Assembly (NCBI GenBank): GCA_963848835.1
Contig: CAWKFB010000006.1
Coordinates: 180,279 to 244,278 of the forward strand
Reading direction: 5' to 3'
Origin: Candidatus Aminicenantes bacterium
GTDB lineage: Bacteria; Acidobacteriota; Aminicenantia; Aminicenantales; UBA4085
DNA length: 64,000 bases
Under the pieces are notes generated by a model that was not told the DNA's origin, made no database searches, and saw only the letters and a program-made list of their open reading frames with translations. Position 1 is the stretch's first letter. Each line of letters begins with the position of its first letter. The position numbers and the translations under genes were made by a program. This document shows positions 18,328-27,470 of this stretch, in pieces.

Positions 18328-19324
18328 ATGACGGATGCGATCCGGGTCGAAAACCTCCTCAAACGGTTCGAGGATGTGACCGCCGTGGACCGCATCAGCT
18401 TCTCCGTTCCGCAGGGCGAGCTCTTCGGGCTCCTCGGGCCGAACGGGGCGGGGAAGACGACCACCATCAACATCCTCTCGACGCTCATCCGCCCGACGTC
18501 CGGGACGGCCGAGGTCGGGGGCTACGAAGTGACGCGGAACCGCGACCTCGTCCGTAAGAGCATCGGGATCGTCTTCCAGGAGCCGGCCCTTGACGGCAAG
18601 CTGACCGGCCGGGAAAACCTCGAGTTCCACGCCATGATGTACGGGCTGGACAAGGCCGAGCGGCGAAAGCGGATCGCGGCCGTCCTCGACCTCGTCGAGC
18701 TTTCCGAGAAGGCCGCCGTCCTCGTCGAAAAGTACTCGGGCGGGATGAAGCGCCGGCTCGAGATCGCCCGGGGCCTCATCCATCGTCCGAAGGTCCTCTT
18801 CCTCGACGAGCCGACGCTCGGCCTGGACGCCCAGACCCGCCGCCACATCTGGGAGTACGTCCGCAAGCTCAACAAGGAGAGCGGGGTCACGATCATCCTG
18901 ACGACCCACTACATGGAGGAGGCGGATTTCCTCTGCGACCGGATCGCCATCATGGATCACGGGAAGTTCGTCGCCCTGGACACGGCGCCCCGACTCAAGG
19001 ACGTCCTGGGCGGCGACGTCGTCAGCCTGGAGATCGAATCCGGGCTGGAGCCGTTTCTGGCCCGGGCCCGCGGCCTCGACTGGAATCAAACAAGTCCACA
19101 TCCGCGAGAACGTCCTCCATCTGACCATGGACCGCGGCGAGCGCCGCATCCCCGAGCTTGTCGCCCTGGCCCAGGAGCTCGGGGCCGTCGTTTCCTGCGT
19201 CCATCTCCGCAAGCCGAGCCTCGAGGACGTCTTCCTCCACTTCACCGGCCGGACGATCCGCGACGAAGAGATCAGCGGAGCCGAGCGGAGCCGCGGGATG
19301 ATGAATCCCCACGGGAGACGGTGA
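18328..19324 (+). pseudogene. ABC transporter ATP-binding protein, one +1 frameshift
   Basis: Walker A GPNGAGKTT, signature YSGGMKRRL, Walker B VLFLDEPT. The C-terminal domain continues in the next frame from about 19084 (IKQVHIRENVLHLTMDRGERRIPELV...KPSLEDVFLHFTG) and ends at TGA 19322-19324. Confidence 0.8.
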
Positions 19325-20091
19325 TGGCGATCAGCGGCACGGCGGTCTATGTCCTCTGGCTCCGGGAGATGAAGCGCTATGCCCGGGCCAAGTCCAGGAT
19401 CATCGGCTCGCTCATCCAGCCGCTCTTTTTCCTGGCCTTCCTCGGACTCGGCTTCAACCGGATGGCCGTTCCCGGGGTCGCCAGCGGGGTGGATTATATT
19501 CACTTCCTCGTCCCCGGGATCATCGGAATGAGCCTCCTGTTCTCCTCGTCCATGCAGGGCTTGTCCGTGTTGTGGGACCGTGAATTCGGCTTTCTCAAGG
19601 AGATCATGGTCGCGCCGGTCAGCCGCCTGTCCATCGTCCTTGGGCGGATCGCGGGGGGGACGACGACGACCCTGATCCAGGCTTCCCTCGTCCTCATCGT
19701 GTCTTTGGTCCTCGGCTTCCGCATCAGGAATGCCTGGGGATTCGGGCTCGGACTCGTGTTCATGGTTCTCATCGCCTTCGCCTTCATCGGCATGGGGCTC
19801 ATCTTCGCCTCCCGGATGAAGGACATGCAGGGCTTCGGGCTCATCATGAACTTCGTCATCTTCCCCCTCTTTTTCCTCTCCGGCGCGCTCTACCCCCTGA
19901 AGAACCTGCCTGTCCCGGTCCGGGTTTTATCGCTCATCGACCCATTGACCTACGGCATCGACGGCCTGCGCGGGTGCTTGATCGGATCCGCTGAGCGCCC
20001 CATCTTGATCGACCTCGCCGCCCTGGCCGGCTTCGCCGTCCTGATGCTCGTCCTGGGCGCGTATTTCTTCGAAAAAAGCGAAAGCGTTTGA
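19324..20091 (+). CDS. ABC-2 type transporter permease
   Basis: ATG overlaps the upstream stop (TGATG). Six predicted membrane helices. ABC-2 style N-terminus YVLWLREMKRYARAKSRIIGSLIQP. Confidence 0.85.
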   Translation: MAISGTAVYVLWLREMKRYARAKSRIIGSLIQPLFFLAFLGLGFNRMAVPGVASGVDYIHFLVPGIIGMSLLFSSSMQGLSVLWDREFGFLKEIMVAPVSRLSIVLGRIAGGTTTTLIQASLVLIVSLVLGFRIRNAWGFGLGLVFMVLIAFAFIGMGLIFASRMKDMQGFGLIMNFVIFPLFFLSGALYPLKNLPVPVRVLSLIDPLTYGIDGLRGCLIGSAERPILIDLAALAGFAVLMLVLGAYFFEKSESV

Positions 20092-20111
20092 GGACATCCA
20101 AGGAGGGACCC

Positions 20112-21432
20112 ATGACCGCCCGCCGCATGATCGTTGGACTCGTCATTCTTGCCGCCGCGGGAGCGTTCTTCGCCTGCCGGACCGAGCCTCCGCGCGCCGC
20201 GGCCGCCCCGGGCCCGGCCGTCTCGCCCGGGATCGATGTGCTTCTGGCTAAGCATCTCGACCTCATCCGCGGCAAGCGGGTCGGATTGATCACGAACCCC
20301 TCCGGCGTCGGGCGGAGCCTTCGCAGCACGATCGACCTTCTCCGGGAAGCGCCCGAAGTGAAGCTCATCGCCCTCTACGGGCCGGAGCATGGCGTCCGGG
20401 GAAACGCCCAGGCGGGCGAGTTCGTCCCGTATTTCATGGACGAGAAGCTCGGCCTGCCCGTCTTCAGCCTGTACGGCCCCTCCATGAAGCCGGCGGCCGG
20501 GATGTTCAAAAACATCGACGAATACATGCGGTCGTTCGACACGACGCATGAGGACAAGAAGGTCGCCCCGGACATGACCAAGGGCCTCGACGTCCTCGTC
20601 TTCGATATCCAGGACGTGGGGACCCGGGTCTATACGTACGAGGCGACCATGGCCTACGCCATGCAGGCCGCGGCTGAGGCCGGGATCGAGTACATCGTCC
20701 TCGACCGGCCCAACCCCATCGGCGGGACGATCCTCGAAGGTCCGATTCTCGAATACCCCGAGTTCAGCTCCTTCGTCGGGCTCTATGCCGTCCCGCTCCG
20801 GTTCGGCCTGACGATCGGCGAGCTGGCCCGGATGTACAACGACCTGTTCCAGGAGAAGAAGGCCAAGCTCACGGTTATCCCGGCCGAGGGGTGGAAACGG
20901 GAGATGTGGTTCGACGAGACCGGCCTGCCGTGGGTCGTTCCGTCGCCCAACATTCCCACCCTCGAAGCCGCCGTCGTCTATCCCGGCCAGGTGTTCTTCG
21001 AGGGGACGAACGTCTCGGAGGGCCGCGGGACGACCAAGCCCTTCGAGTATTTCGGGGCGCCATGGATCGACGGCGTACGATCTGACGAAGAAGCTCAACG
21101 CCCTGGCCCTCCCGGGCGTCGTCTTCAGAGAACAGTGGTTCACCCCCACCTTCTCCAAATTCACCGGCCAGAACTGCGGGGGCTGCCAGATCCATGTCAC
21201 CGACCGGAGCGTTTACCGGCCGCTGGCGACGACCCTCCACATCATCAAAACCCTCCGCGACGGATACCCCGGTCCATTCGAGTTCCACGCCAAGTATTTC
21301 GACAAGATCATGGGGACGAGCTCGGTCCGGACCGCCCTTGAGGCGGGGAAGGCGGTCGGCGAGATCGTCGCCGGCTTCGAGCCGGGCCTCAGGGAGTTCG
21401 AGGCTAAAAGGAAGCCTTATCTTCTTTACTAA
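20112..21432 (+). pseudogene. DUF1343 (YbbC/NamZ-like exo-muramidase family) lipoprotein, one +1 frameshift
   Basis: AAGGAGG upstream of ATG 20112. Lipobox LAAAGAFFAC. Contains GLITNPSGV, LYGPEHG, VFDIQDVGTRVYTY and PSPNIPT. The frame changes at about 21075 (PWIDG | YDLTKKLNALALPGVVFRE...) and ends at TAA 21430-21432. Confidence 0.75.
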
Positions 21433-21445
21433 AGGAGCCGACGGC

Positions 21446-23020
21446 ATGCCGACCGCGAAGAACGCCTATTACCCTCTCTCGAACCCCATGTCCATGCTCC
21501 TGGACAAACCCGCCCGGGGCTTCCAGCGGAAGGACTTCCTCCGGATCATCGCCGAAAAGGGGATCGAGCGGATCACTTTCCACTACGCCGGACTGGACAG
21601 CAAGCTCAAGGAGCTCAAGATCCCGGTCGTCAGCCCGCTCCAAGCCGAGACCATCCTGGCCGAGGGGGAGCGCGTTGACGGCTCGTCGATCTTCAAGGGC
21701 ATGGTCGACATGGGCTTGTCCGACCTGTATGTCGTCCCGGTCTACAGGACGGCCTTCCTCAATCCCTTCGACGACAAGAGCCTCGATTTCATCTGCCGCT
21801 ACATCACCAAGGACGGCGCGCTGGCCCCCTTCGCCCCGGACAACATCCTGGCCAACGCGGCCGCGCTCCTGGCGAAGACGTCCGGTCTCGAGCTCCGCGC
21901 CCTGGGCGAGCTCGAATTCTACGTCCTATTCGATAAAGGCAAGCCCCTCTATCCGGCCCGCCGCCAGCGCGGCTACCACGCCTCCTCGCCCTTCGTGAAG
22001 AGCGGGCCGATCCTCAACGAGATGCTCCACCACATCGCCCAGCTCACGGGGGCGGTCAAGTATGCCCACAGCGAGGTCGGGTTCATCGAGAGCCTCCAGA
22101 GCGACGTCGAGGAGCTCAAGGACAAGCGGGCCGAGCAGATGGAGATCGAGCTCCTGCCCCGGCCGATCGAGGACATGGCCGATGACGTCGTCCTGGCCCG
22201 CTGGCTCATCCGCAACATCGCCTACCAGCACGGCCTGACGGCCACCTTCACCCCGAAGCTCGAGGAAGGCGTCGCCGGGAGCGGCATGCATTTCCACCTC
22301 GATCTCCGCCGGGAGGGCCGCAACGTCCTCGTCGGGCCCGACGGCCGCCTGTCGACCGAAGCCCGACGGCTCATCGGCGGGCTGTGCGAGTACGCCGACT
22401 CGCTGACCGCCTTCGGGAACACGGTCGCCTCCGCCTACCTCCGGCTCGTCCCGAACCAGGAAGCCCCGACCCGGATCTGCTGGAGCGACCTGAACCGGAG
22501 CGTCCTCATCCGCGTCCCCCTGGGCTGGACGAACGTCCCGGACCTCGCCCATCTCCTGAATCCCCAGGAGAAGGACACCTTCACGCCCGGCGACAGCCGG
22601 CAGACCGTCGAGCTGCGCAGCCCGGACGGCAGCGCCTCGATCCATCTCCTTCTCGCCGGGATGGCCATGGCCGCGGAATGGGGATTCCGGGATGAGCCGA
22701 GCATTCTCTTTCCCGGCGCGCTGCCGCTCGAGCTGGCCGAGAAGCTCTATGTCCAGGGGAACATCTTCGCCGATCCGGAGCTCTTGAAACGCCTGCCCTC
22801 GCTCCCTCCGAGCTGCGTCGCCTCGGGCCGGCTCCTCCTCGAGAAAAGGGCCCTGTACGAGCGCGAAGGGATCTTCCCGCCGAGCGTCACGAGTTACATG
22901 GCCAAGCAGCTCCAGGCCGAGGACGACGAATTCCTCAACTCCAAGATCCTCGCCCGCCCGGCCGACGACCGGCAGAACGAAACCCGCCGGATCATGCACA
23001 AGGACATTCACAAGCACTAG
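21446..23020 (+). CDS. glutamine synthetase family protein
   Basis: AAAGGAG upstream of the ATG. GS catalytic-domain motifs GSGMHFHLDL, ASAYLRLVPNQEAP and VELRSPD. Confidence 0.75.
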   Translation: MPTAKNAYYPLSNPMSMLLDKPARGFQRKDFLRIIAEKGIERITFHYAGLDSKLKELKIPVVSPLQAETILAEGERVDGSSIFKGMVDMGLSDLYVVPVYRTAFLNPFDDKSLDFICRYITKDGALAPFAPDNILANAAALLAKTSGLELRALGELEFYVLFDKGKPLYPARRQRGYHASSPFVKSGPILNEMLHHIAQLTGAVKYAHSEVGFIESLQSDVEELKDKRAEQMEIELLPRPIEDMADDVVLARWLIRNIAYQHGLTATFTPKLEEGVAGSGMHFHLDLRREGRNVLVGPDGRLSTEARRLIGGLCEYADSLTAFGNTVASAYLRLVPNQEAPTRICWSDLNRSVLIRVPLGWTNVPDLAHLLNPQEKDTFTPGDSRQTVELRSPDGSASIHLLLAGMAMAAEWGFRDEPSILFPGALPLELAEKLYVQGNIFADPELLKRLPSLPPSCVASGRLLLEKRALYEREGIFPPSVTSYMAKQLQAEDDEFLNSKILARPADDRQNETRRIMHKDIHKH

Positions 23021-23214
23021 TTGTGCGTCTCGCAAGGCACTTCACCGACTCGCAGTCCGAGGAGACGCACAACATCCGGGGGAGGTTGAGGGGGAATGGA
23101 TTGATTCCCCCTCAGGGGGTCAGCGAAGCGCCGAGGGGGGAGCTTGACTCCCCCCTGGAAGTGTCCCGTCTCTGTGATAAACTGAAGTTGAGGATCTTCT
23201 GAGACGGGACACTT
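23021..23214. repeat. composite hairpin element D
   Basis: Two related large-loop hairpins: TTGTGCGTCTC/GAGACGCACAA (23021-23072) and AAGTGTCCCGTCTC/GAGACGGGACACTT (23159-23214). They flank G-run/C-run hairpins and a V-type core ATTGATTC-CCCCC-TCA-GGGGG followed by the CGAAGCGCC motif. Confidence 0.55.
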
Positions 23215-23218
23215 GGCC

Positions 23219-24277
23219 ATGCCGAAAGAGACCATGACGCCGGCCGAGCGCTGGCGCTCCGTCCTCGGCCGGCGGACCCCCGACCGGCTGCCTCTCGATT
23301 ACTGGGGCACGGACGAGACGACCGCCCTTCTCAAGCGCCATCTCCGGGCGCCGACGAAGCGGAAGATGCTGGAGAAGCTCCACGTGGATTTCCTCGTCGA
23401 GGCCAAGCCCGTCTATATCGGGCCGCGGCGCCCACGGCTGACGGACGTTTTCGGCTGCAAGTTCCGCGAAATCGGCTACGGTCCCGGCCGCTACAGAGAG
23501 TGCGTCTCCGGCCCGCTGGCCGCGTTCTCCTCGGTCGAGGAGATCGAACGGAGCTATCGCTGGCCTTCTCCGGATTGGTGGGATTACAGCGGGATCCCCA
23601 AGAAGCTCCGGGGCCTCGAGCATCATCCGATCCGGGGCGGGGGATCGGAACCTTTCCTCACATATAAGTTCCTGCGCGGCCACGAACAGGCCCTCATCGA
23701 CCTCATCGAGAACCCGGAGATCGTCCATCACGTCCTGAAGAAGCTCTTCGACCTGGCTTATGAGGACACCCGGCGGATCCTCGAAACGATCCCCGGGAAG
23801 GTCACGGTCGTCTACGTCGCCGAGGACATGGGCGGCCAGTCCGACCTGATGTTCTCGGTCGACCACATCCGCGAGTTCCTCCTACCCGGGATGAAGCGGA
23901 TGATCGACCTGGCCCACTCGGCCGGGGCCGCCGTCTTCCATCACAACGACGGAAGCTGCCGCCGCATCCTGCCGGACATGATCGCGGCCGGGATCGACAT
24001 CCTCAACCCGATCCAGTGGCGGTGCCCGGGCATGGAGCGGGAAGGGTTGAAGCGGGATTTCGGGGACAGGCTCGTCTTCCACGGAGGCATGGACAACCAG
24101 CAAACCTTGCCCTTCGGAACGGTCGAGGACGTCCGCCGCGAGGTCCTCGAGAACATCGCCGTTCTCGGCCGGGGCGGGGGATACATCCTTGCCCCGTGCC
24201 ACAGGATCCAGTCTCTGACGCCTCCGGAGAACGTCGTGGCGATGTACGAAGCGGCATACGAGAACGGCTGGAGCTGA
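23219..24277 (+). CDS. uroporphyrinogen decarboxylase (URO-D) family protein
   Basis: 353-aa ORF with a URO-D-like C-terminal half (VFHHNDGSC, LNPIQW, FHGGMDNQ, YILAPCHRIQ). A TTG at 23213 is the alternative start. Confidence 0.75.
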   Translation: MPKETMTPAERWRSVLGRRTPDRLPLDYWGTDETTALLKRHLRAPTKRKMLEKLHVDFLVEAKPVYIGPRRPRLTDVFGCKFREIGYGPGRYRECVSGPLAAFSSVEEIERSYRWPSPDWWDYSGIPKKLRGLEHHPIRGGGSEPFLTYKFLRGHEQALIDLIENPEIVHHVLKKLFDLAYEDTRRILETIPGKVTVVYVAEDMGGQSDLMFSVDHIREFLLPGMKRMIDLAHSAGAAVFHHNDGSCRRILPDMIAAGIDILNPIQWRCPGMEREGLKRDFGDRLVFHGGMDNQQTLPFGTVEDVRREVLENIAVLGRGGGYILAPCHRIQSLTPPENVVAMYEAAYENGWS

Positions 24278-24287
24278 CCGCTTTAAT

Positions 24288-25812
24288 TCAACGAGGGAGC
24301 TTGTCGGCGTAACCCTTGTGACGCGGGAATTCCGCGGCGAGGGAGCGGGTCAGCGCATCGAACCGGGCCGCCGCCTCGCGATAGACGGCCGCGGCGGCGG
24401 GATCGGGCTCGATGACGGGTCCGTCGCGGCGGATGAGCCGTCCCGCGATCTCGGCGATCCCGGTCGTTTCCCCCCGGTCGAGCCCGTGATTCCAGATCGC
24501 CTGGATCGCGGCCCCGTAAGCGGCCGCTTCGCGTTCCGCGGGAACGGAGATGGGCGCGTCCATGACGTCGGCGGCGATGCGCAGCCAGACAGGATTTTCC
24601 GAGCCGCCTCCCGTTGCCCGGAGCTCCGTCGCGGCGAGTCCGAGTGAACGGAGCCGCCGTAATCCGTAGCGCAAGTTCAGACAGATGCCTTCGAACATCG
24701 CCCGGGCGAGGTTCTGAGGCCGGAGATTCCGCGAGGTCAGTCCGAAGAACGCGCCGCTCGCCTCCGGGAGGATAGGCACGCGTTCCCCGTCGAGGTAGGG
24801 GAGATAGATGATCCCTTCCGCACCCGGGGGCGCTTCCGAGGCGGCCGCCGCGAGACCCGCGTGATCGAGCCGGAACAGACGGCGCATCGCGTCCTCGCCG
24901 TTTCCGGCGTTGAGAGTGCAGCTCAGCGGAAGCCACGCTCCCGTGCTGTCGCAAAAGCAGGCGATCTCGCCCCCGGCGTCGACCGCCGGCTTCTCCGCGT
25001 AACATGAGATCGTCCCGGACGTTCCCAGGCTGAGGGTCGCCCCGCCCGGCGAGACATTCCCGGTCCCGATGGCGGCCATCATATTGTCGCCGCCCCCGCT
25101 CGCCACCAGAACCCGCCCGAACCCGAACTTCCGGGCGATCGAGGGCCGGATCGTCCCGGCCGGAGTCCGGGGGTGGACCGGGACGGGCAGGAGGTCCGGG
25201 AGACGAGGATCGATCGTCTCAAGCGCTTCGGTCCGCCAATTTCGCGTCCGGACATCCAATCAGGCCCGTGCCCGACGCGTCGCCGAACTCCATCCGGTAT
25301 TCCCCGGTGAGGTGGAAATTCAGGTAATCGTGGGGGAGGAGGATATGGGCGAGGGCATCGAAGCGGTTCGGCTCGTGGCGCTTCAGCCATAGGATCTTAG
25401 AGGCGGTATAGCCGACGGCCAGCCCGAGGCCGAGCTTTTCGATCGCGCCCGCGGGACCTCCGAGCCGGTCCGTGATTTCGCGCGTCTCTTCGATCGTCGA
25501 CGTGTCATTCCACAGCTTGGCAGGCCGGATCGGGAGGCCGGCGGCGTCGAGCGGCACGAACCCGTGCTGTTGTCCGGATATGCCGACGGCGGCTACATTC
25601 GAGGGATCGATCGAGGATGCACGGATCGCTTCGGCCAGGGCGCTCTCCAGAGCGGCCGTCCACATTTCGGGCCGTTGTTCGCTCGCGCCCGGCGGCAGAC
25701 CGGGGATCATTTCGTGAACGGCCTGGGCCCGCCCGAGCACCCTTCCCGTTTCGGAATCGACGACGAGGACCTTGGTGCTTCCGGTCCCGGAATCCACGCC
25801 GATAGCGATCAT
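24288..25812 (-). pseudogene. xylB: xylulokinase (FGGY family), one +1 frameshift
   Basis: N-terminus MIAIGVDSGTGSTKVLVV...ISGQQHGFVPLD...GDASGTGL. It continues in the next frame as MDVRTRNW...GGGDNMMAAIGTGNV. There is an extra T at about 25258 (ctgaTTggatg). Length check: 1525 nt minus 1 gives 1524 nt. Confidence 0.8.
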
Positions 25813-25819
25813 GACCTGA

Positions 25820-27439
25820 TCAATATACGCGAATCGGGTTCCTGAGGCGGCGGCCCAACTCGTCGAGGAGGACCGGCGTCTGATCGTTCAGCGGGAGCAT
25901 GAGATAGGCGTTCTTCTCGTAGAATTCACTCCCCTCGGGCAGGAAGAGCATCCGGGTGTTCGTGGCGAACTCTCCCCACGTCGAAAGCTGGGCCCGGACC
26001 CAGAAGACATAGTCGGCGTCCGCGGGGGAGTAGAAATACGTCCCCGCCCGGTGCGAAACCGGCCCGGCCGCGTCGAGGCTTGTATTGGCCGCGTTGACCC
26101 TCACACCGAAGATCCCGTAGCGGTTGAAGGAATTGACGAGGCCGACCCATTCCGCTTCGGCCGGGGCGACATGAACCAGCCCGAAGGGCTTTTCCGGAAG
26201 CTCGAGGAGCGGGCGCTCCACGACTCCCTCCTTCGAATCCTTGTAGATCAGGGTGTCGAAGAGCCTCTTGGCGAAGACCATCTGGTCGTTGCGGAGGGCG
26301 ATCACGCCGAGATCCTTGCGGGCGGTCACCCGCGTCTCGACGAGGACGTAAGGCGCGTCCTGCCCGAGCTCATAGCGGACCTCGGCGAAAAGGTCCTTGA
26401 CCCGAGGCAGCGGCCCTTTCCGGGAGTTGGCGTAGAGGAGCGGCCCGTTCTTTTCCGAGACGGACTCCGGCGGGTTCCAATCGAAAGCGTGGTCCCAGGG
26501 CTGTCCGGGCACGGAGACGTCGGGATTGAAGTGGATGACCCGCGACTCGTTATGAAGCTTGATCTTTTCCTTCAGGAACTCGATCGTGGAGATCTGGCCG
26601 CTCTGGGCGTCGAGGCCCAGGGCGATCCGCGAGGTCCGGATCGTCCGGCCGAGGCCATCCCCCGAGACGAAGGGCCCTGCGGCGGGCACGGCTTCGGCTC
26701 CGCCCTTCAGGACGACGAGGACCTTGCGCTCCCGGGCGGCCGCCTTGACCGAAGCCGCGAGCTTCACCGTCGTCGTTTCGGGGTGCGTCGACGCCGCGGT
26801 GATCAGGGGGACATTGTCCTTCCGCTCCAGGACCTGGCTGGGGACGGCTTTTCCGCCGTCGACGACGACGAGAGCGTCCTCGCCGATCTCGGCCTTGGGG
26901 GCGGTGACGGTCAGGGATATGATCTCCCCGTCGCGGGCGATCCCGGCCGGCTCCTCGATCACGAAAGCGGCATGGAAGCCTTCGGCGTACCCTTCGGGGA
27001 TCCCGCCCGCCGCGGGCGCCGCCGACGACCAGACGGCCGTCTTTTCCTTGGTCGGGGGAGCCTTGGCCGCGGGCGCCGCCGTCCGGCCCGTCGCGGGCGG
27101 GCTTTCCACGTAGGCGACCTCGAGCTTATAGGTCTTGCCGGAGATCCAGGCGTAATCGAAGGCGAGGTCGTAGAATCCCGGTGGGAGCGGCTTGGAGGCA
27201 TCGATGGGCTTCCCCGAGCGAAGGAGCATGTAGGGACCCGCGGGTCCGCCGTTCAAAGTCACGCGGACGATGGACGCCGTTCCCTTTTCCTGAGCGAACG
27301 AAGCGCCGATCCGATAGAAAGGATTCTCCGGCGTCGGCGCGGCGAATTCGAGCTTGGCCGGCTCGGCCGCGGGCGGCCGGGCGGCCGAGAATCCCGCCGC
27401 CAGGCACAACATCAAAACACCGAGCATCTTGGTTTTCAT
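25820..27439 (-). CDS. secreted protein of unknown function (539 aa)
   Basis: Intact ORF with signal peptide MKTKMLGVLMLCLAAGFSAARPPAAEP and coding-like G/C third positions. It sits tightly between the symporter and xylB genes. No family recognised. Confidence 0.7.
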   Translation of the reverse strand: MKTKMLGVLMLCLAAGFSAARPPAAEPAKLEFAAPTPENPFYRIGASFAQEKGTASIVRVTLNGGPAGPYMLLRSGKPIDASKPLPPGFYDLAFDYAWISGKTYKLEVAYVESPPATGRTAAPAAKAPPTKEKTAVWSSAAPAAGGIPEGYAEGFHAAFVIEEPAGIARDGEIISLTVTAPKAEIGEDALVVVDGGKAVPSQVLERKDNVPLITAASTHPETTTVKLAASVKAAARERKVLVVLKGGAEAVPAAGPFVSGDGLGRTIRTSRIALGLDAQSGQISTIEFLKEKIKLHNESRVIHFNPDVSVPGQPWDHAFDWNPPESVSEKNGPLLYANSRKGPLPRVKDLFAEVRYELGQDAPYVLVETRVTARKDLGVIALRNDQMVFAKRLFDTLIYKDSKEGVVERPLLELPEKPFGLVHVAPAEAEWVGLVNSFNRYGIFGVRVNAANTSLDAAGPVSHRAGTYFYSPADADYVFWVRAQLSTWGEFATNTRMLFLPEGSEFYEKNAYLMLPLNDQTPVLLDELGRRLRNPIRVY

Positions 27440-27470
27440 ATGACCTCCATCGAGAGACCGCGTCGCCCGG

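Noticed and set aside
18328-20091. A single 587-aa ORF suggesting a fused ABC ATPase-permease.
   Set aside because: The middle 80 aa is Arg/Pro-rich nonsense. The true ATPase C-terminus continues in the +1 frame to a TGA at 19324, which overlaps the permease ATG. These are two genes plus one frameshift.
23026-23206. Paired type IIS sites (CGTCTC...GAGACG twice, and GGTCTC in module X) that look like Golden-Gate cloning scars.
   Set aside because: The sites are simply the inner ends of natural-looking palindromic stems in a GC-rich genome. No vector backbone, selectable marker or other synthetic hallmark is nearby.
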